The notes beneath the pieces were generated by a model. It did no database searches and was not told where the DNA came from. It saw only the letters and a list, made by a program, of their open reading frames with translations. DNA of 64,000 nucleotides. It comes from an uncultured Methanosarcinales archaeon. Its GTDB lineage: Archaea; Nanobdellota; Nanobdellia; Woesearchaeales; JACPBV01. The translations under genes and the position numbers were made by a program. Shown in pieces: positions 49,366-58,320 of this stretch. The stretch is from positions 1 through 64,000 of the forward strand of contig CAZNZT010000004.1 in assembly GCA_964577685.1 (NCBI GenBank). The letters are read 5' to 3'. How positions within the stretch are numbered: position 1 is the stretch's first letter; each line of letters begins with the position of its first letter.

Positions 49366-50398
49366 AGATTATAGGGCTGTTTGGTTTGAGAATGGTGTAA
49401 TCAAGGTAATAAATCAGACTTTGTTACCATATAAGTTTGAGATTGTCTCTATAGAAAATTATAATGGTGTTGTTAATGCAATAAGCTCTATGGTTGTCAG
49501 AGGGGCTCCTTCTATTGGTGCTGTTGGGGCTTATGGATTAGCCCAGGCGATTAACCAGCTTGATAAGTTTGATGTTGATGAGGTTAAGAGAATAAAGGAT
49601 ATTTTGCAGAGTACAAGACCGACTGGTTATGATTTAAAATATGCTTTGGATTTTGTTTTTAATATTGCTATTTATTCAAAGAATCCTAAGGAGGCTGCAA
49701 TTGAGGCAGCTGAGAGTTATGTTAGTTCTCTTATTGATGCTTGTAGGCGAATAGGTAAGTTTGGGGAGAGAGTAATAAAAGATGGTATGAGGATACTAAC
49801 CCACTGTAATGCTGGGGCTTTAGCGACAGTGGATTATGGAACCGCGTTGGCTCCTATAAGGATGGCTTACTATAATAACAAAAAGATTTTTGTTTTTGTT
49901 GATGAAACAAGACCCAGGTTACAGGGTAGCAGGCTAACAGCATGGGAGTTATCTGTGGAGGGCATACCCTATGCAATAATACCCGATAACGCAGCTGGTT
50001 ATTATATGAGAAATGGTGAGATTGGCTTGGTTATTGTAGGTGCAGATAGGATTGCTGTTAATGGGGATGTTGCAAACAAGATTGGCACTTACGAGAAGGC
50101 TGTGTTAGCTAAGGAGAATAATATTCCTTTTTATGTTGCTGCTCCGATTTCAACATTTGATTTTAACTGTAAATTTGGGGATGATACTCCAATAGAGGAA
50201 AGAGAAGAGGATGAGGTTTTAAGTGTTTCTGGGTTCTTGAATGGAAGGTTTTCTAGGGTTAGAATAGCTCCTGCGAAAAGTAAAGCAAGAAATCCTGCTT
50301 TTGATATTACTCCTGCGAACTATATCACGGGGTATATCACAGAGGTAGGCATTATTGGTGTTAGTGATATAAAAACCCTTGCTAAGAGGAGGGGCTAA
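49349..50398 (+). CDS. mtnA: Methylthioribose-1-phosphate (or 5-deoxyribose-1-phosphate) isomerase
   Basis: VRGAPSIG, STRPT, THCNAGALATVDYGTAL, DETRPRLQG, NKIGTY and NPAFDITP motifs. Confidence 0.92.
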   Translation: MLIKNKDYRAVWFENGVIKVINQTLLPYKFEIVSIENYNGVVNAISSMVVRGAPSIGAVGAYGLAQAINQLDKFDVDEVKRIKDILQSTRPTGYDLKYALDFVFNIAIYSKNPKEAAIEAAESYVSSLIDACRRIGKFGERVIKDGMRILTHCNAGALATVDYGTALAPIRMAYYNNKKIFVFVDETRPRLQGSRLTAWELSVEGIPYAIIPDNAAGYYMRNGEIGLVIVGADRIAVNGDVANKIGTYEKAVLAKENNIPFYVAAPISTFDFNCKFGDDTPIEEREEDEVLSVSGFLNGRFSRVRIAPAKSKARNPAFDITPANYITGYITEVGIIGVSDIKTLAKRRG

Positions 50399-50400
50399 TA

Positions 50401-51357
50401 ATGGATTTTATTTATAACAAAATTTTTTTGGAACATGATACTGGAGAGCATCCTGAAAATAGAAAGAGGCTTGAACTTTTTTCTGAGATAAAAGAGACAA
50501 GAGTTGAGAGTGGTGAGGCTTATCTTGGGTTATTCCATACTGAGGATTACATTAAATCTGTTAGGGAGGGATGTAAGACTCTTAGTTTTCTTGACCCTGA
50601 TACTGCTGTTTCAGAGAAAAGTTATGAGGTTGCAGTTTATGCTGTTGGAGCAACAATAATGGCGTCTAAAACTAATGATTTTGCCTTAGTAAGGCCCCCC
50701 GGGCATCATGCCCATCCATCATACTCCAGCGGGTTTTGTATTTTTAATAATATTTCAATAGCTACAAAAAAGCTTGTGAATGAAGGGAAAAGGGTTCTTA
50801 TATTTGATTTTGATGCTCATCTCGGCGATGGCACTCTTGAGTTTTTTTATAGGGATGATATGGTGTTGTATTTGTCTTTGCACCAGTATCCTGCTTTTCC
50901 AGGTGGTGGTGTGGTTGATGATATTGGTGAAGGGAGTGGAAGAGGTTATACTATAAATGTTCCATTACCTGCAGGTAGTGGAGATGATGTTTATATGGAC
51001 GCTGTAGGGAGAATAATGCCTATTGCCAAACAGTTTAAGCCAGACGTAGTAGCAGTTTCTGCAGGTTTTGATGCCCATAAGAATGATCCTCTTGTTGACC
51101 TAAGATTGAGTATGGGAGCTTACTATAAACTTGGGAGGATTTTGAGTAAAAATTTTAGGAACATATTCGCGACTTTGGAGGGTGGTTATAATCTTAGGGT
51201 TTTTCCGTATTGCGTTCTTAATTTTGTTGATGGTATTAATAATAGGGGAATTAGATTTAAGGAAGAACAAACAGTCTCAAGTAAGTGGGTGAAAGAGGAG
51301 TATCTTACAAGAATTAATAGACTAGAGAAAAAGATGTCTGAGTTTTGGAAACTTTAA
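50401..51357 (+). CDS. Histone deacetylase-family (AcuC/AphA-like) amidohydrolase
   Basis: HPE, RPPGHHA, GFCIFNN, DFDAHLGDG, SAGFDAH and LEGGY motifs. Confidence 0.92.
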   Translation: MDFIYNKIFLEHDTGEHPENRKRLELFSEIKETRVESGEAYLGLFHTEDYIKSVREGCKTLSFLDPDTAVSEKSYEVAVYAVGATIMASKTNDFALVRPPGHHAHPSYSSGFCIFNNISIATKKLVNEGKRVLIFDFDAHLGDGTLEFFYRDDMVLYLSLHQYPAFPGGGVVDDIGEGSGRGYTINVPLPAGSGDDVYMDAVGRIMPIAKQFKPDVVAVSAGFDAHKNDPLVDLRLSMGAYYKLGRILSKNFRNIFATLEGGYNLRVFPYCVLNFVDGINNRGIRFKEEQTVSSKWVKEEYLTRINRLEKKMSEFWKL

Positions 51358-51456
51358 AGGTTTTTGTTTTTATTAAAAACATTTAAAAATAGATAGGGGT
51401 TTGTTATTTATTATTGCTGTTGTTTATTGTTTGAATATTATTATTGAGGTGGGAGA

Positions 51457-51693
51457 ATGGTGAAAGTGATAGTTTATTCAACTCCAACTTGTCCATGGTG
51501 TAATCGGGCAAAGGATTTTTTGAAGCAACATAATATTGAGTTTGAGGAGAAAGATGTGTCTGTTGATGAAGAAGCTAGGGCAGAATTAATAGAGAAGTCC
51601 GGGCAGCTTGGTGTTCCTGTCTTGGATATAGATGGGAAAATAATAATTGGGTTTGATAAAGAGGCCATAGAAGAGGCACTAGGCCTCGGTTAA
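51457..51693 (+). CDS. Glutaredoxin/NrdH-like redoxin
   Basis: YSTPTCPWC, GQLGVPV and IIGFD motifs. Confidence 0.92.
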   Translation: MVKVIVYSTPTCPWCNRAKDFLKQHNIEFEEKDVSVDEEARAELIEKSGQLGVPVLDIDGKIIIGFDKEAIEEALGLG

Positions 51694-51714
51694 AACAAAA
51701 GATTTAAATACTAT

Positions 51715-51734
51715 ATATGATTTCTTTTTCATAT
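51715..51734. promoter_or_regulatory. ArsR/SmtB-type operator ATATGA-N8-TCATAT between the TATA box and start codon
   Basis: Perfect 6-bp inverted repeat just after TTTAAATA (51703-51710), overlapping ATG 51733. Confidence 0.7.
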
Positions 51735-52032
51735 GAATTATAAATCATACGAACTTTTTTTTGAAGTATTTTCGAATAGAACTAGGATGAAGATTATAAA
51801 TTCTCTTTTATCTGGTCCAAAATCTGTTGGTGAGATATGTAGTGATACTGGTGAGGAACAAAGTAAGATAAGCCATAATCTAAAGAAGCTTATGCTATGT
51901 CACTTTTTGGATGTTGAAAGAAAAGGTAAAAACAGGATTTACCATTTAAATAGGGCTACAATAAAACCAATGTTAAGGTTGGTTGAGAGGCATGTTAAAC
52001 AATATTGTAGGGGTAGGTGTACAAGAAAATGA
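51733..52032 (+). CDS. ArsR-family regulator with a Cys-rich C-terminus
   Basis: SNRTRMKII, SVGEIC, QSKISHNLKKL and RKGKNRIYHL; ends CRGRC. Confidence 0.88.
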   Translation: MNYKSYELFFEVFSNRTRMKIINSLLSGPKSVGEICSDTGEEQSKISHNLKKLMLCHFLDVERKGKNRIYHLNRATIKPMLRLVERHVKQYCRGRCTRK

Positions 52033-53177
52033 GGGTTTATCTTGATAATGGAGCAACAACTCAAGTTGATGATAGGGTAGTAGAAGCAATGCTGCCTTAT
52101 TTTAAGGTTAAGTTTGGGAATGCTTCATCGTTACATAGTTTTGGAGAAGAAGCTAAGGATGCTCTATGGAGAAGTAGGAAAATAATATCTGGCAAGATAA
52201 ATGCTTTTCCTGATGAAATAATATTCACCTCTGGTGGTTCCGAATCTAATAATCTTGCTATAAAGGGTGTTGTGTATGCAAATAGAGAAAGAGGAAATCA
52301 CATTATAACAACTAAGATAGAGCATCATTCTGTTGATAGTACATGTAAGCGTCTTGAGAAGGAAGGTTTTGAGGTGACAAGGATTGGCGTTGATAATGAG
52401 GGCTTTGTGGACATTAATGAATTGAAGAATAAAATAACTGATAAAACCCTTGTTGTGTCGGTAATCCATGGAAATAACGAGATTGGGACCGTTCAGAATA
52501 TAGAAGAAATAGGAAAGATTTGTAGAAAAAATAATGTATATTTTCATATAGATGCTGTACAAAGCTTTACTAAAGAGCGGATAGATATAAAGAAACAAAA
52601 TATAGATTTGGCCTCGTTTTCAGCTCACAAGATACATGGACCTAAAGGAGTTGGAGCTCTGTTTGTGCGGAAGGGTGTCAAGATTAGTAAATTAATAGAT
52701 GGTGGGCCTCAGGAGTTTGGCTTGAGGGCTGGGACAGAGAATGTTGCTGGGATTGTCGGTTTTGCTAAAGCTGTTGAGCTATCAGAGGAGGAAGACTATA
52801 AAAGGGTTTGTGCATTGAGGGACTACTTTATTGAAAGGGTAGAAAAGGAGATTCCTGAAGTAAAGCTTAATGGTCCTAGGGATAGAAGGCTTTGTAATAA
52901 TATCAATTTTGTATTTAAGTATATAGAAGGAGAATCTCTATTGCTTAAGTTGAATGATAAAGGTATTGCTGTTTCAACTGGTTCTGCTTGCAGTTCCAGG
53001 GAGCTAAAACCTTCACATGTGCTTATAGCTATTGGCTTACATCCATCTGTTGCACATGGTTCAATAAGGTTTACATTGTCTAGGTTCACAACAAAAGAGG
53101 AGCTTGATTATACGATAGAAACCTTAAAAAGTGCAGTTAGGGAGCTTAGAGAGTTAAGCCCTCTTTGGAGGAGATAA
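52029..53177 (+). CDS. iscS: Cysteine desulfurase (NifS/IscS type)
   Basis: YLDNGATT, FTSGGSESNN, SAHKIHGPKGVG, RAGTEN and STGSACSS motifs. Confidence 0.95.
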   Translation: MRVYLDNGATTQVDDRVVEAMLPYFKVKFGNASSLHSFGEEAKDALWRSRKIISGKINAFPDEIIFTSGGSESNNLAIKGVVYANRERGNHIITTKIEHHSVDSTCKRLEKEGFEVTRIGVDNEGFVDINELKNKITDKTLVVSVIHGNNEIGTVQNIEEIGKICRKNNVYFHIDAVQSFTKERIDIKKQNIDLASFSAHKIHGPKGVGALFVRKGVKISKLIDGGPQEFGLRAGTENVAGIVGFAKAVELSEEEDYKRVCALRDYFIERVEKEIPEVKLNGPRDRRLCNNINFVFKYIEGESLLLKLNDKGIAVSTGSACSSRELKPSHVLIAIGLHPSVAHGSIRFTLSRFTTKEELDYTIETLKSAVRELRELSPLWRR

Positions 53178-53178
53178 A

Positions 53179-53577
53179 ATGTATTCAGAGAAGGTTATGA
53201 AGCTTTTTAGGAATCCAAAAAATCTTAAAGAGATTCCGAATGCTGATGGTATAGGCAAGGTAGGTAATCCTACATGCGGAGATTTGATGTGGGTCTATAT
53301 AAAGGTAGGAAAGAATAGCAAGGGGGAGGAGATTATAGAGGATATAGGGGTTAAGACCTTTGGTTGTGTTGCAGCTATAGCTTCTAGCTCTATAACTACT
53401 GAGTTAGCAAAAGGAAAGACACTCAAGGAAGCGAAAATGATATCTAGGGATGATATCATAAAGGCTTTAGGAGATTTACCACCCATCAAAAGGCATTGCT
53501 CTGTTCTAGCACAGGAGGGCTTGAGGAAGGCGATAGAGGATTATGAGAGTAAGAAAACAAAAGGCAAAGCAAGATGA
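53179..53577 (+). CDS. iscU: Fe-S cluster scaffold (IscU/NifU N-terminal type)
   Basis: GNPTCGD, FGCVAAIASSS and LPPIKRHCS motifs. Confidence 0.94.
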   Translation: MYSEKVMKLFRNPKNLKEIPNADGIGKVGNPTCGDLMWVYIKVGKNSKGEEIIEDIGVKTFGCVAAIASSSITTELAKGKTLKEAKMISRDDIIKALGDLPPIKRHCSVLAQEGLRKAIEDYESKKTKGKAR

Positions 53578-54485
53578 ATAAGATGTATGATGTTGTTATA
53601 ATCGGGGGAGGTGTTTCTGGTTTTGGTGCGGCTTTATATTGTGGTAGATTTGAGATGAACACTCTTGTTATAGCTGAGAAGATTGGTGGGACAATAATGT
53701 TGACAGATGAGATTTCTAATTATCCTGGCTTTAACAGGATAAAGGGAATTGAACTTGCAGATAGAATTAGAAAGCATGCAGAAGAGTATAACATCAATAT
53801 TATTGAGGATAAGGTTGTTAGTATTGAAAAGCTTGGTGATGGATTTATTGTTCATACAAATAAGGAAAAGTTTCATACTAGGACAATAATATTTGCTACT
53901 GGAACAAAGGTAAGGAAACTTGGGGTAGTCGGTGAGAATGAGTTCACTAATAAGGGTGTCCACTATTGTGCACTATGTGATGGTGCTTTGTACAAGGATA
54001 AGGTAATAGGGGTTGTTGGTGGTTCTGATTCTGCTGCTAGCGAGGCTTTGTTGTTGGCGGAATATGGGAAGAAGGTTTATATTATCTATAGAAGGGATAA
54101 ACTAAGGGCAGAGCCTATTAATAGGAGAAAGGTTGAGATGAACAAGAAAATAGAGGTGATTACAAATACTAATGTTACTGAAATAAAGGGCGATAAGTTT
54201 GTTAGGAGCGTGATTCTTGATAGGCCTTATAAAGGTTCTAAGGAACTTAAGCTTGATGCTTTGTTTATTGATATAGGGCATATTCCTTTGTCTGATTTGG
54301 CAAAATCTATTGGTGTGAAAATTAATGAGAAGGGCGAGATAATCATAGATAGGGAATCAAAGACAAATATTCCAGGGGTATTTGCAGCTGGTGATGTCGT
54401 AGATACAAAGTTTAAGCAGGCTATTACAGGTGTTGCAGAAGGAGTTAGTGCAGCTTATTCTGCTTATGAATACCTAAATAAATAG
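53574..54485 (+). CDS. trxB: Thioredoxin reductase
   Basis: IIGGGVSG, NYPGF, GVHYCALCDG, VVGGSDSA, FAAGDV and QAITGVAEG motifs. Confidence 0.92.
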   Translation: MNKMYDVVIIGGGVSGFGAALYCGRFEMNTLVIAEKIGGTIMLTDEISNYPGFNRIKGIELADRIRKHAEEYNINIIEDKVVSIEKLGDGFIVHTNKEKFHTRTIIFATGTKVRKLGVVGENEFTNKGVHYCALCDGALYKDKVIGVVGGSDSAASEALLLAEYGKKVYIIYRRDKLRAEPINRRKVEMNKKIEVITNTNVTEIKGDKFVRSVILDRPYKGSKELKLDALFIDIGHIPLSDLAKSIGVKINEKGEIIIDRESKTNIPGVFAAGDVVDTKFKQAITGVAEGVSAAYSAYEYLNK

Positions 54486-54537
54486 GATGTAGTTATTATG
54501 ATAAGTTTTATATACTTTTATTAAAGTGTAGTCTATT

Positions 54538-55197
54538 ATGAGGGCGTATCGTTTGCAGGAGTTTATTAGAATTTTAGATAGTTGGGGCTTGAGGGATGTT
54601 ATGTTGCCTTTTCTCTTTATCTTTGTTATATTCTTTGCGTTACTCTCTAAGATAAGAATTTTTGGTGAGGATAAAAAAAAGTTTAATCTTGTTGTTGCTT
54701 TAGTTGTAGCCTTGTTAGTTGTTATACCTCATGTATTGGATAAATATCCTCCCGATATGGATCCTGTTGATATTATGAATGAGGCTATACCTAACATTAC
54801 CATTGTTGTTATAGCTGCTATATCCTCCCTTTTTATAATTGGTTTGTTTGGTGGGAGGATTGTTCAGAGGCCTGCATATATTACTGGTGGAGTGATAGTT
54901 GCGGCTGCTATGATTTATATTGTCTTTGTTTATCCGACTTTAAGTCCTATGATTTTTGCTATTGGCATTATACTTTTGATTGCTGTTGCGTTTAGTGGGA
55001 AGCAGGAAGGATTTAATTGGGTTCAAGCGGTTGTGACACTACTATGTTTTATAGCTGTTTTTTATTTCTTTGGCGTTGCGAAGGGTTGGTTTGAAGGTTT
55101 GCCCTTGTGGTTAGAGGATCCTATTTACCAAGGGGTTATCGTGACTGTAACTATAGTAGGTGTTTTGGTGGCTTATGTGTTGTATGGGGGTGATTAA
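54538..55197 (+). CDS. Polytopic membrane protein of unknown function
   Basis: DVMLPFLFIFVIFFALL...FNLVVALVVALL; about seven hydrophobic segments. Confidence 0.75.
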   Translation: MRAYRLQEFIRILDSWGLRDVMLPFLFIFVIFFALLSKIRIFGEDKKKFNLVVALVVALLVVIPHVLDKYPPDMDPVDIMNEAIPNITIVVIAAISSLFIIGLFGGRIVQRPAYITGGVIVAAAMIYIVFVYPTLSPMIFAIGIILLIAVAFSGKQEGFNWVQAVVTLLCFIAVFYFFGVAKGWFEGLPLWLEDPIYQGVIVTVTIVGVLVAYVLYGGD

Positions 55198-55198
55198 G

Positions 55199-55783
55199 GT
55201 GGAGCTAAAAAAGATTTTGGAAAATGAACTGATAACATTTATAAAAAAATCAAAAATAGTGGATCCTACACATGATATAAGCCATATAAGGAGTGTTTGG
55301 AGGAATGCGAGATTGTTAGCTAGTGATGATTGCGATATGGAGGTATTGATGGCAGCTGTGTTCTTACATGATTTGGGAAGGTTTGATAAGCGGTCAATGA
55401 GTGGGCCACATGGTCTTAGCAGCGCTAAACATGCTGAAAAAATATTAAGGAAGATTGGCTTTCCTAAGAATAAAATAAATAGGGTATTAGAGGCTATAAA
55501 ATATCATGATGCTGTTTATCCTTTGTCCAAAAGGAAAACCCCAGAAGCAAGAGTTTTGTTTGATGCTGATAAGCTTGATGTTTTTGGTCCTTTTGGTATT
55601 GCAAGACATTTTATGCACCAAGCACTATGTGGCTTTTCTTTAAGGCATGCAGTTAAGGATGGATTAAAAAGTACTCTGTTGCAGTTTAGAGGGTTGTCAA
55701 CAAAGAAAGCAAAGGATATTGTTAAGGGGGACTATATTTATTCCTTAAATTTTTTTAAGAGATTGTTGAAGAAACTAAAATGA
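55199..55783 (+). CDS. HD-domain phosphohydrolase
   Basis: HDISHIRSV, FLHDLGR, IKYHD and LFDADKLD motifs; GTG start after a GGGGTGA RBS. Confidence 0.88.
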   Translation: MELKKILENELITFIKKSKIVDPTHDISHIRSVWRNARLLASDDCDMEVLMAAVFLHDLGRFDKRSMSGPHGLSSAKHAEKILRKIGFPKNKINRVLEAIKYHDAVYPLSKRKTPEARVLFDADKLDVFGPFGIARHFMHQALCGFSLRHAVKDGLKSTLLQFRGLSTKKAKDIVKGDYIYSLNFFKRLLKKLK

Positions 55784-56373
55784 GTGAGAAGTACTGTGGT
55801 GTTAAATTCAAGACAATTTTTGAGAATAGGTGTGTAGTAGATAATAGTGGTCTTATTGAGCTATCAGGCTGGTGTAAGGAGTTTTGTAAGATGGGGTTCA
55901 CACCTAAGTATAATGGCTGTGCAGGTAATCTCAGTTTTAGAACTCGGAATGGTTTTATAATAACTTCTTCTATGGCAGATTTCTATAATCTTAGTGTTGA
56001 AGATTTTTGTGAGGTATTGGCTGTTGATTTGGATGCAAAGGCAGTTTATGTTAATGGTGTTAAGGTTCCTTCTTCCGAAACTATAATGCACAGCGAGATA
56101 TATAAGAAGAGAAAGGATATCAATGCCGTGTTCCATGGGCATAGTGAGGATATTTTAAAGTATGGCAATAGGATTGGTATTGTTTCAACATCCGAAGAAA
56201 AGGAGGCTGGTTCTATAGAGCTTATGAGGGAGGTTGTTAAGGTCTTGGATAATAATAATTTTATTATTATCAAAAATCATGGCTTTCTTTCATTGGGGGA
56301 TAGTATGGCTTCTGCAGGAAATTTAGCAATCAAGAGGTTTAATCAGATTCAGAGAATTAAAAGATTATTGTAG
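55780..56373 (+). CDS. Class II aldolase/adducin-family protein
   Basis: GNLSFR, PSSETIMHSEIY, AVFHGHS and KNHG zinc motifs. Confidence 0.9.
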   Translation: MSEKYCGVKFKTIFENRCVVDNSGLIELSGWCKEFCKMGFTPKYNGCAGNLSFRTRNGFIITSSMADFYNLSVEDFCEVLAVDLDAKAVYVNGVKVPSSETIMHSEIYKKRKDINAVFHGHSEDILKYGNRIGIVSTSEEKEAGSIELMREVVKVLDNNNFIIIKNHGFLSLGDSMASAGNLAIKRFNQIQRIKRLL

Positions 56374-57294
56374 GATGCCTAATTCTTTGGCTATCGTTTC
56401 TCTTAGTCCATTGCTAAGGCTTGTTTTTGGTTTGAATCCAAGTATGCTCTCTGCTTTTGATATGTCTGCTATTAGGTGTTTAATGTCATTTCTCCTTTTT
56501 TTCTTAGACCTTACTTTAAGCTTATAGCCCATTATTTCTTCTATCTTCATTTTTAGCTCAAGAATAGAATATGGCTTTCCTGTTCCAATATTTAGTATTT
56601 CTTTGTTTATTCCCTCCTTTTTACAGGATAATAATGTGGCTTCTACAATGTCTTTTATATATATAAAATCCCTTGTTTGTTTTCCGTCTCCGTAGATTTC
56701 TATTTCTTTGCCTTTCTTTATATTGTCTAGCCAAGAAGGAATTATTCTGCCAGATTTCTTTATATCCCTCGGACCAAATACATTAAAATACCTTAGGATT
56801 ATTAGGCTTATTCTCTTCTTTGAAGCATAATTAAGACAGATTTCTTCTGCTTTTAGTTTTGATTTTCCATATATTGTTTTTGGTTCTTTTTTGTCCTCTT
56901 CTTTGTATACCTTGTTTTTGTTTTCTTTATAGACGCTTGCGGAGCTTATAAAAATGAACCTTCTTATTCCTTTATAAGGTACTGCTTCTAAAATATTTCT
57001 GGTTCCTTCAACATTTATTTTATATGTTCTCTCTGGGTTCTTTGATGCATCTGGGGCAGAAGATACTGCAGCTAGGTGGATTATGTAGTCAATGTTTTTC
57101 ATTGCCTCTTTTATGGCATTTTTGTTTGTTATGCTTCCTTTTATTATTTTTACTCTTTTTATTACTCCTTTTAGGTTTTCTATAGTTCCTTTTGAGAAAT
57201 CATCAAGGATTATTACCTTTCCACCATTTCTCACAATCTCTTCTACTATGTGGCTTCCTATGAAGCCTGCACCCCCTGTTACAAGGTAAATCAT
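56365..57294 (-). CDS. NAD-dependent nucleotide-sugar epimerase/dehydratase
   Basis: VTGGAGFIGSH, HLAA, YGKSK, RYFNVFGP and GKQTRDFIY motifs. Confidence 0.93.
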   Translation of the reverse strand: MIYLVTGGAGFIGSHIVEEIVRNGGKVIILDDFSKGTIENLKGVIKRVKIIKGSITNKNAIKEAMKNIDYIIHLAAVSSAPDASKNPERTYKINVEGTRNILEAVPYKGIRRFIFISSASVYKENKNKVYKEEDKKEPKTIYGKSKLKAEEICLNYASKKRISLIILRYFNVFGPRDIKKSGRIIPSWLDNIKKGKEIEIYGDGKQTRDFIYIKDIVEATLLSCKKEGINKEILNIGTGKPYSILELKMKIEEIMGYKLKVRSKKKRRNDIKHLIADISKAESILGFKPKTSLSNGLRETIAKELGILQ

Positions 57295-57296
57295 GT

Positions 57297-57863
57297 TTAT
57301 CTTTCTTTTATCTTTGCTTTTTTTTCTGTTAGGTCAACAATAGTTGAGGGTCTTCCATTTTTTTCATCTTCATAGATTATGAATTCTATTTTATTTTTTA
57401 TTTCATCATCAAGGTTTTCAAGGGATGTCATAAAGTCCTCGCCAACCTTGTTTGCTGAAGTGGTTACGATAGGGATGTTTAATTCTCTAACAAGGTCACT
57501 AAACCAATGTCTGGGTATTCTTACGCCAATCGTGTCTAATCCTGGAGCAACATTTTTTGCAACACCACCTTTCGACTTTAGGATTAGGGTGTATGGTCCT
57601 GGTAATTTATCTAACCATTTTTCTGCTTCCTTGTTTATTACACAATTTTTTCTTATCCATTCTTTTGAGGGAGCAATTACAGAGAATGGCGTCTTTGGCC
57701 TTCCTTTTATTTCCCTTAGCATTTCTACGGCTTCATCCGAGGTGGCATTACATCCTAGTCCATATATTGTATCTGTTGGATGGATGAATATCGTGCCATT
57801 TTTTATAACCTCAAGTATTACTTCTTTGTTTATGAGCGCTTCTTCTTTTGTGAGAATTTTCAT
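57297..57863 (-). CDS. tsaC: Threonylcarbamoyl-AMP synthase (single-domain TsaC/YrdC type)
   Basis: PTDTIYGL, KGRP, PGPYT, TSAN and PSTIVD motifs; no C-terminal Sua5 domain. Confidence 0.9.
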   Translation of the reverse strand: MKILTKEEALINKEVILEVIKNGTIFIHPTDTIYGLGCNATSDEAVEMLREIKGRPKTPFSVIAPSKEWIRKNCVINKEAEKWLDKLPGPYTLILKSKGGVAKNVAPGLDTIGVRIPRHWFSDLVRELNIPIVTTSANKVGEDFMTSLENLDDEIKNKIEFIIYEDEKNGRPSTIVDLTEKKAKIKER

Positions 57864-57905
57864 AAGAATGGTTAATTAGTTTTTGTTTATATAGTTTTTG
57901 TCTTT

Positions 57906-58028
57906 CTATAAAGACTGCATGTTTCTTATGCTTTCTTTTCTACATCTTTGTTGGAAATAAAATCTATCAAGAAATTCAATCTTTCTTTTATATGTCTCCC
58001 AGTCAATATATCTGTTTCTGAAGAGCAT
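57906..58028 (-). CDS. Putative 40-aa microprotein, absent from the ORF track
   Basis: MLFRNRYIDWETYKRKIEFLDRFYFQQRCRKESIRNMQSL*, preceded by an AGGTGA RBS (58034-58039). Confidence 0.55.
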   Translation of the reverse strand: MLFRNRYIDWETYKRKIEFLDRFYFQQRCRKESIRNMQSL

Positions 58029-58043
58029 TGCCATCACCTTTCG

Positions 58044-58157
58044 TTATAACCATGCATCACTAAATTGTAAATCAAAGCTTTCAATTTTGCTTAATGTTAG
58101 CTTTTTTATCTGCTGATAAAATAGTTCCTTTATCTTCTTCTTGCTTAGGTCAACCAT
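58044..58157 (-). CDS. Putative 37-aa microprotein, absent from the ORF track
   Basis: MVDLSKKKIKELFYQQIKKLTLSKIESFDLQFSDAWL*, preceded by a full GGAGGTGAT RBS. Confidence 0.6.
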   Translation of the reverse strand: MVDLSKKKIKELFYQQIKKLTLSKIESFDLQFSDAWL

Positions 58158-58192
58158 TGTTAATCACCTCCGTATGAAGATTTAAAAAGGTA

Positions 58193-58230
58193 GGCAGGAA
58201 AGCACAGGGGGTGTGTTACTTCTTCCTGCC
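58193..58230. promoter_or_regulatory. GC-rich stem-loop in the leader of the micro-ORFs
   Basis: GGCAGGAA/TTCCTGCC outer stem with AGCACA-GGGGG-TGTGTT inner stem; U-tract follows on the minus strand; minus-strand TATA at about 58273-58280. Confidence 0.55.
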
Positions 58231-58320
58231 GAATACTAAAAACCAAAAAAACAATAGTAATCTGTTTTAGGGTATTTATATATCTCACGCATGCCCCTGT
58301 CAAGTGGCAAGTGGACTAGA

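Noticed and set aside
49349..50398. Alternative call as ribose-1,5-bisphosphate isomerase or eIF2B subunit
   Set aside because: HCNAGALAT, ETRPRLQG and LTAWEL motifs fit MtnA better.
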